Below, piece after piece: positions 42,994-51,412 of a stretch of 64,000 bases of DNA. The stretch covers positions 9,165 through 73,164 of the forward strand of contig JACQBA010000012.1 of the NCBI GenBank assembly GCA_016194745.1, given 5' to 3'. Source of the stretch: Elusimicrobiota bacterium. Lineage in GTDB: Bacteria; Elusimicrobiota; Elusimicrobia; UBA1565; JACRDR01. The notes under the pieces were generated by a model, which did not search any database, was not told the origin of the DNA, and saw only the letters and a list, made by a program, of their open reading frames with translations. Position 1 is the stretch's first letter; each line of letters begins with the position of its first letter. Position numbers and translations under genes: made by a program.

Positions 42994-43823
42994 GGCCCTT
43001 TCTCTTTCCTCCGCACGACCCGCAGGCCGTCGAGCATGTCGAGCGCGCCGCGCCCGAGGCTCTGGCCACCGTCGGAGGTGACGACTTCGCCCGTGATGTT
43101 GCGGCCGAGCTCGGAGCACAGGAACAAGACGAGCGCCGACACGTCCTCCTCGAGGCCGAAGCGGCCCGACGGGACGCCGGAGAGGACCTTCTTGCGCATC
43201 TCGTCGGTCGGCCACAGCCGCTCGCGGGTCTGCGGAACGTCGATCGGTCCCGGGGCGATGGCGTTGACCCGCACGCCGTGCGGCGCCCACTCGGCGCCGA
43301 GCGTGCGCGTCAGCGTGACCACGCCCGCCTTGGCGCTCGCCGACGGGGCCAAGCCCGGCGCGCCGGCCCAGGCGTAGGCCGCGACGATGTTGACGATCGA
43401 GCCCGATTTGCGCTCGATCATGCGCTTGCCGAACTCGAGGCTGCAGTGGAACGTGCCGTTCAAGACGATGTCGATGACCTTGCGCCAGCGGACCGAGGTC
43501 AGCTTCTCCGAGGGCCAGATGAAGTTCGCGGCCGCGTTGTTGACCAGGATGTCGACCGGACCGAGCTTCGACTCGACCGCCTCGACCATCGCTTCGACCT
43601 GCTTCGCGTCGGAGATGTCGCACGCGAAGGCGTCGGCCTTGGCGCCTTGCGCCCGAAGCTCCGCCGCGGCCGACTCGAGGCGTTCCATATTGCGCGAGGT
43701 CAGCGCGACCTTGGCGCCGCGCGAGGCGAGGTCGGCCGCGACGACGCGCCCGATCCCGGTCCCGCCGCCCGTCACGACCGCCGTCTTGCCGCGGAGCAGC
43801 TCCGCGCTGAAGAGATCTCTCAT
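42990..43823 (-). CDS. Short-chain dehydrogenase/reductase (2,4-dienoyl-CoA-reductase-like)
   Basis: TGGGTGIGR cofactor motif, NNAA, S..AKAG catalytic region. A start at 43823 gives an ATGA overlap; an alternative ATG lies at 43829. Confidence 0.88.
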   Translation of the reverse strand: MRDLFSAELLRGKTAVVTGGGTGIGRVVAADLASRGAKVALTSRNMERLESAAAELRAQGAKADAFACDISDAKQVEAMVEAVESKLGPVDILVNNAAANFIWPSEKLTSVRWRKVIDIVLNGTFHCSLEFGKRMIERKSGSIVNIVAAYAWAGAPGLAPSASAKAGVVTLTRTLGAEWAPHGVRVNAIAPGPIDVPQTRERLWPTDEMRKKVLSGVPSGRFGLEEDVSALVLFLCSELGRNITGEVVTSDGGQSLGRGALDMLDGLRVVRRKEKGP

Positions 43824-44599
43824 TCCCATCGGGGTTTGCGCTTCTCCTTGACGGCCGCGAGCCCCTCGCTCGACTCTTCTCCCGCGTAGAGCCGCATCAA
43901 CTCGCCCGTCGACTCCTCCCAGCGCTGCGGCTCGTCCGGGAGCTGCGCCGCGCGCAAGTCCCGCTTGATCGAGGCGTACGCGGTCGGAGGAAGCTTGGAG
44001 AGACGGTCGGCCTCGCGCAGTACCGCGTCGAGGAAGCCCTCGGCGGGCAGGAGCTCGTCGACCAAGCCGGCGTCGGCGGCCTCTTGCGCGCGGATCGTCT
44101 TGCCCTGCAGGATCATCGACTTGATCGTCCCGGGGCGGCCCGTCATCCGCGTGATGAGCCGAATCAGCGAGATCGTGGGGGAAAGCCCGAGGCGCACCTC
44201 GCTCAGCGCCGCTTTGCCGGTCTCGGCGGCCATGAATCGCCAGTCGCAGCTGAGCGCGATGACGTAGCCGCCGAGGATCGCCGCGCCCTCGATCGCCGCG
44301 ACCGTCGGCTTGGGCACCGCGGCCCACGCCTGGTGCGCCGCCACCATGCGCTTGAACAAGAGGCCCCGGTCGGGCGCCTTCGGATCGAGGAGCTGCTCGA
44401 GATCGAGCCCGGAGGAAAAGTACTTGGACGACGTCGAGGCGAGGACGAGGCAGCGGACCGACGGGTCCTTCGCGGCCGCCTCGGCTTCCGCCGCGAGCGC
44501 GTTCAGGAGCTCGAGGCTGAGCGAGTTCGAGGGCGGACGGTTCATCGATAGGACGCGCACTTTCGCCCGATCTTCGCGTATAATAAGCGGAGAGCTCAT
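43820..44599 (-). CDS. Enoyl-CoA hydratase/isomerase family protein
   Basis: Start at MSSPLIIREDRAKVRVLSMNRPP. Motifs FSSGLDL and AAIEGAAILGG. Confidence 0.85.
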   Translation of the reverse strand: MSSPLIIREDRAKVRVLSMNRPPSNSLSLELLNALAAEAEAAAKDPSVRCLVLASTSSKYFSSGLDLEQLLDPKAPDRGLLFKRMVAAHQAWAAVPKPTVAAIEGAAILGGYVIALSCDWRFMAAETGKAALSEVRLGLSPTISLIRLITRMTGRPGTIKSMILQGKTIRAQEAADAGLVDELLPAEGFLDAVLREADRLSKLPPTAYASIKRDLRAAQLPDEPQRWEESTGELMRLYAGEESSEGLAAVKEKRKPRWE

Positions 44600-45311
44600 G
44601 AGGTTGTTCCGGGCATTATATATATTCGACAGGGCGCTTCCAGCGGCGGCCGCCGCGGCGCTTCTCTGCGCCTGCTCGACGGCCAACGTGACGGTCAAGC
44701 AGGGCTACGATTTCAGCAAGATCAAGCGCGTCGCGGTCATGGGATTTAAGGACTACTCGCGCTGGGAAGGCTCGGGCGTCGCCGTCTCGAGCGTGTTCGA
44801 GAAGTATCTCCTCGACGCCGGCTACGACGTGATCGAGCGCCGCGACGCGGCGAAGCTCCTCAAGGAGCAGTCCTTCTCGGTCTCCGGCGCCGTCGACCCC
44901 AAGACCGCCAAGCAAATCGGCCGGATCCTAGGCGTCGACGCCCTCATCTTCGGCGCCATCACGGGCTACAGCGCGGAGCGGCAGGAGACGTCGATGGTCG
45001 ACCGCGTCGAGGAGCGCCAAGAGCCGATCATCCAGCGCGTCCAGGAGACGGTCAAGCAGGGCGATCAGGTCACGACCGTCGAGCGCGACGTCATCACGGG
45101 ATATCGCACCGTCCGCAACCGCCACCGCGAGCCGCAGACGCGCACGATCATGGCCTCGGTCGGCCTCGCGGTCCGCATGGTCGACATCAACACGGGCGAG
45201 GTGCTTTGGGTCGGCTCGAACACGGGCGAAGGCTACTCGACCGGCGACGCCGCCGACGCGGCGTCCTCCGGCATCTTCAAGGCCTTGAAGAAGGCCTGGA
45301 AGCCCAAGTAG
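44598..45311 (+). CDS. Lipoprotein, CsgG/LpoB-like fold
   Basis: AAAAALLCAC lipobox-like signal. Motifs VAVMGFKDYS, LLDAGYDVIERRD, ILGVDALIFGAITGY. Confidence 0.5.
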   Translation: MRLFRALYIFDRALPAAAAAALLCACSTANVTVKQGYDFSKIKRVAVMGFKDYSRWEGSGVAVSSVFEKYLLDAGYDVIERRDAAKLLKEQSFSVSGAVDPKTAKQIGRILGVDALIFGAITGYSAERQETSMVDRVEERQEPIIQRVQETVKQGDQVTTVERDVITGYRTVRNRHREPQTRTIMASVGLAVRMVDINTGEVLWVGSNTGEGYSTGDAADAASSGIFKALKKAWKPK

Positions 45312-45312
45312 C

Positions 45313-46026
45313 ATGGAGCCGCTGCGCGTCGCGCGCGCCTTGTCGGAGACGCTCGCCGCGCTGCGCTTCAAGCCTCCCGTCGCCTGCGTCTACAACCCGC
45401 TCGAGTACGCCTGGGACGCGCACCGCCAATACGTCGAACGCTGGGGCTCGGGCCGGCGGGACGTGCTGCTCGTCGGGATGAACCCCGGGCCCTGGGGCAT
45501 GGCCCAGACGGGCGTTCCTTTCGGCGAGGTCTCACTCGTGCGCGACTGGATCGGCGTCACGGCCGCGGTCAACAAGCCCAAGCGCGAGCACCCGAAGCGC
45601 CCCGTCCAAGGCCTCGCCTGCCCGCGCCGCGAGGTGAGCGGCGCCCGCTTGTGGGGCTGGGCCCGCGACTCCTTCCGTACGCCTGAGCGCTTCTTCGAGA
45701 AATTCTTCGTGATCAACTACTGCCCGCTCATGTTCATGGAGGAAAGCGGCAGGAACCTGACTCCTGACAAGCTGCCCGCGGGCGAGCGCGCGCCGCTGGA
45801 ATCGGCCTGCGACCGGGCGCTGCGGGAGCTGGCCTCCTATTACAAGCCGCGCATGATCATCGGCGTCGGGAATTTCGCCGCGGACCGCGCGCGCGAGGCG
45901 CTTTCGGGCGTCGACGTCGGCATCCACTCCTTGCTCCATCCGAGCCCCGCCAATCCCCAGGCGAACAAAGGCTGGGCCGCAGCCGCGGACCGGACGTTCC
46001 GGACGCTGGGCGTCGTCGCGAACTAG
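45313..46026 (+). CDS. SMUG1-like uracil-DNA glycosylase (family 3 UDG)
   Basis: GMNPGPWGMAQTGVPFG and LLHPSPANP motifs. Confidence 0.8.
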   Translation: MEPLRVARALSETLAALRFKPPVACVYNPLEYAWDAHRQYVERWGSGRRDVLLVGMNPGPWGMAQTGVPFGEVSLVRDWIGVTAAVNKPKREHPKRPVQGLACPRREVSGARLWGWARDSFRTPERFFEKFFVINYCPLMFMEESGRNLTPDKLPAGERAPLESACDRALRELASYYKPRMIIGVGNFAADRAREALSGVDVGIHSLLHPSPANPQANKGWAAAADRTFRTLGVVAN

Positions 46027-46039
46027 CCGCGTCCGGGCG

Positions 46040-47149
46040 TCAGCGCGGCTTGCGGATGAACTGGATGATGGCGTCTTTCAGCTCGCCGAACTTCGAGTTG
46101 GTCTCGGGGCGCGGGACGTCCGCGTGCTTCATGCACTGGGAGGTCGGATAGTTGATTTCACCCCGGCGGATCGAGCCCGGCAGGCCGCGGACGAACTCGC
46201 TCGTCGCCTCGGGGATCACGATCTTGTCGGCCATGGACCAGGCGGTGAACACCCCGATCCGCCGCTCGCGGATCGCGGCATAGAGGGGGACGCGCAGCAT
46301 GTTGTTCTCGACGGTCAGCTTGTAGCACTGGCAGACGCCGTTCGTCGCCTTGTTCGTGTAGCGGTGTTCGTGGACCTCCGGCTGCCGCACGCCCTTCCTC
46401 TGGGGCGGAGCCTCCGCAGGGTCGCCCGTGCAGGACTCGTTCACGTCGTCGGTCCAGGGGAACTGCTCGAATTTCCGCGCCAGCGTCTCGCTGCACGAGA
46501 AGGGCGTCTTCCAATCGCTAACGCGGAATAGAGGCGAGATGAGGAACACGTCGCCGAAGCGGATCGACCTGTCGGCCGCGGCGGTGGCGATGACGTTCAC
46601 CGCGAGCGCGCCCCCGGTCGAGAATCCCGCGATGGAGACCTCCTCGCCCAAAGCGCGGGCGATCTCGAGGCCCTTTCTCGTCTCCGCCTTCCACTCCCGA
46701 TAGTCGACGTTCAGCAGGTCCTCGGGCTTGGTGCCGTGGCCCGGCAGCAGGATGCCCACGACGTTGTAGCCCTCGGCGTAGAAGACGTCCGCCAGCGCTC
46801 TCATGTAATAGGGGGAGTCGGAGAACCCGTGGATCATCAGGACGGATCGCGGGGTTCTCTTGTCGTGCAGAAAGGTTTCGTCGAACGGATGGTTGTGGAC
46901 GTTCCTGGCCCGCTTCCCCGCGACGTAGGCGCGAAGAGCCGCGACGCCTTGCCGATAGAGCGCCTCGGGATTCTCGGGCGACGCTACGGGCTGGACGTTG
47001 CCCACGTCGGGCACCGGGGCGAAGGCCGGCGCCGCTTGGTCCCAGAGGGAGGACATCGTGTTCGCGTACGCCGTGCCTTGGACCGCGCAGAAGGCGAGCG
47101 CAAGCAGCCGCTGCAGGATGTTCCGTCGATCGATAGTCATGACTCCCAT
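46040..47149 (-). CDS. Secreted alpha/beta hydrolase
   Basis: Tat-like MTIDRRNILQRLLALAF, VLMIHGFSDSP, GFSTGG nucleophile elbow. Confidence 0.7.
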   Translation of the reverse strand: MGVMTIDRRNILQRLLALAFCAVQGTAYANTMSSLWDQAAPAFAPVPDVGNVQPVASPENPEALYRQGVAALRAYVAGKRARNVHNHPFDETFLHDKRTPRSVLMIHGFSDSPYYMRALADVFYAEGYNVVGILLPGHGTKPEDLLNVDYREWKAETRKGLEIARALGEEVSIAGFSTGGALAVNVIATAAADRSIRFGDVFLISPLFRVSDWKTPFSCSETLARKFEQFPWTDDVNESCTGDPAEAPPQRKGVRQPEVHEHRYTNKATNGVCQCYKLTVENNMLRVPLYAAIRERRIGVFTAWSMADKIVIPEATSEFVRGLPGSIRRGEINYPTSQCMKHADVPRPETNSKFGELKDAIIQFIRKPR

Positions 47150-47352
47150 TTTACCTCGGCGCGGGGCGTCCTGCTTGAGTCCTTGGACCCAAGACGCAGA
47201 CGGCGATCGACGCGGCCTAAGGGGATCGAGGTCCTAGGATCCGTTGCGAGCGCCGTCGGAAGGCCGCGCGGCGCTTTCCGTTTGATTTCAGAATCGAGCC
47301 AGGGCAATTTCAGCCCTCCCGGCCATACTGTGCGCATCACAGGAGGCCGCAC

Positions 47353-47820
47353 ATGAACATGCGAGCCGCACTAGCCGTCGTCGCAGCCGTCGGACTCGCC
47401 GCCTCGGCCCGCGCCACCGTATGCGGACGTCCGGCGGAGCCCCGCAGCGCCCTCGCCCACAGCGTCGAAGACTACGTGAGGGCGAAGAGCTCCATCCCGT
47501 ACATCCGGGACACGCTGCTGCCGAACATCCAGAAATGGCTGGACAACCCCGAGACGCAGGAGTCCACGCGGAGGATCATGCTCGAGGCGAAGGCCAAGCA
47601 CGAGGCGCAGCTCGCCTATTACGAGGAAAGGCTCCCCGCGTTCCGGGCGAAGGTGGAGTCGCATCGTCCGGGGTTGGCGGACAAGCTCGACGAGCGGACG
47701 TCGTCGGTCGCGGGCGCCCGGTTCCATGACGTGGCCGACCTGCTGGATCAAGACGACTATCACGCGGCCCAGCCGTGCGAGCACGGCGGCCGGTCCGGGT
47801 CCCAAACGGGGGGGCGATGA
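47353..47820 (+). CDS. Small secreted protein, paralogue 1
   Basis: Signal AVVAAVGLAASARATVCG. Conserved with the next gene: DYVRAK..IPY...TL.PNI..W...ARF.D..DLL...DYH. Confidence 0.5.
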   Translation: MNMRAALAVVAAVGLAASARATVCGRPAEPRSALAHSVEDYVRAKSSIPYIRDTLLPNIQKWLDNPETQESTRRIMLEAKAKHEAQLAYYEERLPAFRAKVESHRPGLADKLDERTSSVAGARFHDVADLLDQDDYHAAQPCEHGGRSGSQTGGR

Positions 47821-48287
47821 AGACGGCTCATGCCGCATGGGCGGCCGCGCTCGTCGCGGCCGTCGGGGCGTCCGCCCGCGCCGCCGTGTGCGGGCCGGTC
47901 GCCGTGCCGAGGCCTCCCGTCGGGCGCGTCGCGGCCGACTACGTCCGGGCGAAAGTGGACATCCCGTACTTGGAGGAGACGTTGATCCCGAACATCGACA
48001 GATGGATCGCCAGCGCCGTCAGGGACAAGGACGCCACTCTGCAGGAGACGATGGAGCGCGCGAAGGCCGACTCCGAGCGCAAGCTCGCCGGCCACAAGGA
48101 GAGCCTGCCGCGCCTTCGCCAAGAGCTGGCGCGCCTGCGTCCGACGCTCGTCGAGAAAGTCGACGATCGGATCGCGGAGAGGAAGGGGGCGAGGTTCTAC
48201 GACATCCTCGATCTCCTGGAGGAGCACGACTACCACCGCTACGAGATACCGTGCGGACGCGGCCAAACGCCGCAAGAGGAGGACTAA
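47817..48287 (+). CDS. Small secreted protein, paralogue 2
   Basis: ATGA-coupled. MKTAHAAWAAALVAAVGASARAAVCG signal, with the same conserved blocks as paralogue 1. Confidence 0.5.
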   Translation: MKTAHAAWAAALVAAVGASARAAVCGPVAVPRPPVGRVAADYVRAKVDIPYLEETLIPNIDRWIASAVRDKDATLQETMERAKADSERKLAGHKESLPRLRQELARLRPTLVEKVDDRIAERKGARFYDILDLLEEHDYHRYEIPCGRGQTPQEED

Positions 48288-48658
48288 TGAAAGGACTTAT
48301 CGTCATGGCGGCCATGGCCGCGCTGTGGACGGAGCCCGCGGGGGCGACGCCGTTCCCGCGGGAGATCCCCGCGACGCCCGAGAGGACCGGGGTGATCCGG
48401 GACGCGTGGGACGATCCGGGCGTCCAGGCCGCCATCGCGGCGGTCAAACGAAACGGCCTGCTCAAGAACGTGGAGGAGACGAGCGTGGCGCTGAGCGAGG
48501 CGTGCGGCACCTTTGGCTGCAATCGCACGTACCTCGTCGTCTTCACGTTCGGCACGAACCATCACGTGAACTACCACCAGTCCTCGGTCCTGGCGAAGGT
48601 GAGCCAGAGCCCGCGGACCGGCAAGAGCGTCGAGGTGGTGTCGAGCTGCGCGGAATGA
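48287..48658 (+). CDS. Small secreted protein
   Basis: TAATG-coupled. MKGLIVMAAMAALWTEPAGA signal. 123 aa with 3 Cys. Confidence 0.45.
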   Translation: MKGLIVMAAMAALWTEPAGATPFPREIPATPERTGVIRDAWDDPGVQAAIAAVKRNGLLKNVEETSVALSEACGTFGCNRTYLVVFTFGTNHHVNYHQSSVLAKVSQSPRTGKSVEVVSSCAE

Positions 48659-48718
48659 TTTAGCGCGGCTCCCGGCGCCCCCCAATGTTCCGGGGGCCGC
48701 GTGTCTTACCGACGTGCC

Positions 48719-48917
48719 GCAGCCTCCGGTGACCGCCATGCCGGAGGCTGCATTGTCTTGGCGCGACTCCTTGCGATCCTTGTCGCAAGGGACCGCGCGA
48801 GCGGAGAACGTCATGCGCGCGGCCCCGGGGGGACTCCCCCGGGGCCGTTACGTTCACCTCCTTCTGTCCCGCGCCGGACGGCATGCGCGTCCGGCCCGCG
48901 GGAGCGGCACTGCTCCC
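48719..48917. other. Array of five perfect GC-rich stem-loops in a convergent intergenic region
   Basis: Stems: gcagcctccgg/ccggaggctgc (48719..48751), ccttgcga/tcgcaagg (48769..48790), ggccccgggg/ccccggggcc (48821..48846), gccggacg/cgtccggc (48873..48895), gggagc/gctccc (48900..48917). Confidence 0.6.
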
Positions 48918-48934
48918 TTCCCGCGGTGCGGGTC

Positions 48935-50053
48935 CTACCGGGGCGCTTGGATATCCGTCTTCGTCCCGTCCTGCGGCTGCCGAGTGAGCCGCACTTGGGC
49001 GAGGCCCTCCTCGATCGTCCCCTTCACCGCGGGATCGTTTTCTTCCTTGAGCCGCGCGACGAGCACTTCCTCGCCCGACTCGGGATCGATCCCGTCCTTC
49101 GACACGGCCTGCGGTATGAGGCCCGCGACCATCCGCCGCACCGACGCGTTGGAGTCGCGCAGGCGCTCCTTGAGGGCCGGCATCGCGTGCTTGGTCAGCC
49201 CGGGCCGGTTCTTGATGACGCCGAGTGCCAGCGTCAGCTCGTCTTTGTCCGCGATGCGCACGAATTGGGCGAGCAGCCTCCCGCTGATCCACGGCATGCG
49301 GTCCGACTGGGCGATGAGCCCTTTCGCGTCGAGCTGCTTGAGGACGACGCCCATGAGCTGCGGCTTGTGCAGGTTCTGGAGCTCGACCGCGCAGGCGCGC
49401 ACCGCGCTCGTGCTGGCGTCGACGCGCTGGATGAAGGCGAGGAGCTCGGGCTCCGCCTTCTTGCCGAGCGCGCGCCGCAGCACTCCGGGCTTCATCACGT
49501 CCGGCACGACCGGCGTCTTGACCAAGGCGAGCGCCGCCTCGTTGATCTTCGAGTGCTTCACCGCGTTCGGCATCGCGAGCGCCGAGAGCGCCGCCACCTT
49601 CATCTCGTCGGAGCCCGTCGTCAGGAGGTCCACCGTGAAGTCCTTCATGCGGTCCCCGCCGATCTGCCCGATCAGCACCGACACGATCGACGCCTTGAGC
49701 TGCTTCGACTCGCTCGTGTCCTCCTTGGTCCGCGCGTAGGCCTGCAGCAGCGCGGCCGACATCTTGTCCTTGGTCTCCCGGCTCAGCTCCTGCGCCCCGT
49801 CGCCCGCGATCGCCGACTGCACCTGCTCGACCGCCGCGCGCGTCGCCGTCTCGTCGTCCTTCTCGAAGGACGGGAGGAGGGCGACGAGCGTCTCGTCGGC
49901 GTCCTTGACCTCGATCCCGTCCGGGTGCGACTCCCTCTGCAGCGCGGCCGTCGTGGGACGCGTCGCAGGTTCCTCCGGCACGTACGCGCTCAGGGCGAGC
50001 ACGCCCAGAGCCGCCGCGGCCCCCGCCGCGATGATCCAACCTCTAGATTCCAT
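48935..50053 (-). CDS. Membrane-anchored HEAT-repeat-like protein
   Basis: Start at MESRGWIIAAGAAAALGVLAL (TM anchor). Helical repeats follow, e.g. LRDSNASVRRMVAGLI. An alternative start is at 50083. Confidence 0.5.
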   Translation of the reverse strand: MESRGWIIAAGAAAALGVLALSAYVPEEPATRPTTAALQRESHPDGIEVKDADETLVALLPSFEKDDETATRAAVEQVQSAIAGDGAQELSRETKDKMSAALLQAYARTKEDTSESKQLKASIVSVLIGQIGGDRMKDFTVDLLTTGSDEMKVAALSALAMPNAVKHSKINEAALALVKTPVVPDVMKPGVLRRALGKKAEPELLAFIQRVDASTSAVRACAVELQNLHKPQLMGVVLKQLDAKGLIAQSDRMPWISGRLLAQFVRIADKDELTLALGVIKNRPGLTKHAMPALKERLRDSNASVRRMVAGLIPQAVSKDGIDPESGEEVLVARLKEENDPAVKGTIEEGLAQVRLTRQPQDGTKTDIQAPR

Positions 50054-50138
50054 GGTCTTGTTCCTCGATGGGTCCGGCTCCATCACGTCGGAGCTTCCCA
50101 TTGCAGAGGATACGCCCGCCGCCGCGCGATTATTTCGG

Positions 50139-50237
50139 GGGGCGGGGATCGGGGGTCGGGGTGCGGAACGGCAAATGCCTTTCATGAAGGGCCGCGGCCT
50201 TTCCGAACTCCGCCCCCCGAACCCCGACCCCCGCCCC
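50139..50237. other. 28-nt imperfect inverted repeat made of G-runs / C-runs (G-quadruplex-capable on both strands)
   Basis: Left arm ggggcggggatcgggggtcggggtgcgg (50139..50166) matches the reverse complement of ccgccccccgaaccccgacccccgcccc (50210..50237) at 25 of 28 positions. The loop is 43 nt. Confidence 0.6.
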
Positions 50238-50276
50238 AAAAAAGGTCGACCCCCGGGAGACTGCCCCCGGGGGTCG
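50238..50276 (-). terminator. Rho-independent terminator of the serpin-like gene
   Basis: Minus strand: cgacccccggg-(8-nt loop)-cccgggggtcg, then acc and TTTTTT. It lies 18 nt after the stop at 50294. Confidence 0.75.
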
Positions 50277-50293
50277 TTGCGCCGCCGCTGCGA

Positions 50294-51412
50294 TCAGTTC
50301 GCCGGCTGCTTCATGTCCTTGGGCGTGATGAGCCCCGCGAACGGGATGACGCCGTTGACGTCGATCCAGAATAGGTACGAGTCGTTGATGACGAAGGCTT
50401 CCGCCGGGATCATCGGCGCCGAGGCGCGCACCGCTCCGCCGGCCGCGGCGGCTTCGAGGCTGATGCCCTTCTCGTGGATCTTGATCTTCTGCTCGAACAG
50501 GAACTGCCCCATCTTGTAGGGCGCGCCCGCGCGGTCCTTGTGCGTGGCGACGACGCGCCCCGGCCGGAGCAGCGTCTTGTCCGTGTGCGCGTAGTCGGCC
50601 TTCGGGAACGCGACGCCCTTGTACGCCGGGACGGCCGCGAGCGACCAGTTGCCCGAGATCTCCCGCGCCTTGTCCAAGACCGCGGTCGCGCTGTCCGCGG
50701 GGAACTTGCCATCGTACGGCGTCAGGTAGAACTTGTTGCGCTTGCCGTCCTTGCCGACCGTCTCGAGGCGGGCGATGACGAAGTCATGCTTCGTCGACCG
50801 CATGAAGCCCGCGTTGCGCAGGTAGGCGGCCGGCTTTCGCTCGCCGCGGACCTCGATGCCGACGCTGTCGCCGCGGTCGGCCCAGTCTTCCTTGATCACG
50901 AGCGTCGCCGCCGCGGAGACGGCGTCGTTTTCGCCCGGCGGCTGGAGGCGGATCGAGAACTTTCGCTCTTCCAAAAGCCCGTTGGAGTTCTTGACCGAGT
51001 TGCCCACGTCGAAGGCGACGTCGAAGTAGTCGCCGGCGCCGCCGACGAACTTGCCGTCCTTCCAGAAGCCGATCTTCCCGAGCTTGGAGAGCTCGCCCGA
51101 GAGCTTGTCGTACTGCGCGCTGATCGATTGGCCGATCTTGTCGGCGAACTGCCACCGGGCGCTCTCGCCGATGTACTCCTTGCCCATCGTGGCGAGCACG
51201 CCGACGATCGGGTGCGGCGACGAGACGGTAGTCGCGGCGCTCAGGTCCGGCTTGCGGGCCGGCTGCTGCGGGACGGCCGGAGCGCGGCCCGGCTCGAGCT
51301 GGGACAAGCGCATGTCCCGGATGGCGGTGGACGCCTGGTTGATATCGTCCGCGTGCGCGACCGCGCCGACGGCGGCGACGGCAAGGAACGTCAGGAAACT
51401 CTTGGCTCTCAT
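50294..51412 (-). CDS. Secreted serpin-like protein
   Basis: AAGGAG SD before the ATG at 51412. Signal MRAKSFLTFLAVAAVGAVAHA. The C-terminus IHEKGISLEAAAAGGAV....AEAFVINDSYLFWIDVNGVIPFAGLITP aligns with the serpin hinge, reactive-centre loop and s4B/s5B consensus (..EKGTEAAGA....F.FNKPFVFLI....PLFMGKVVNP). Confidence 0.55.
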   Translation of the reverse strand: MRAKSFLTFLAVAAVGAVAHADDINQASTAIRDMRLSQLEPGRAPAVPQQPARKPDLSAATTVSSPHPIVGVLATMGKEYIGESARWQFADKIGQSISAQYDKLSGELSKLGKIGFWKDGKFVGGAGDYFDVAFDVGNSVKNSNGLLEERKFSIRLQPPGENDAVSAAATLVIKEDWADRGDSVGIEVRGERKPAAYLRNAGFMRSTKHDFVIARLETVGKDGKRNKFYLTPYDGKFPADSATAVLDKAREISGNWSLAAVPAYKGVAFPKADYAHTDKTLLRPGRVVATHKDRAGAPYKMGQFLFEQKIKIHEKGISLEAAAAGGAVRASAPMIPAEAFVINDSYLFWIDVNGVIPFAGLITPKDMKQPAN

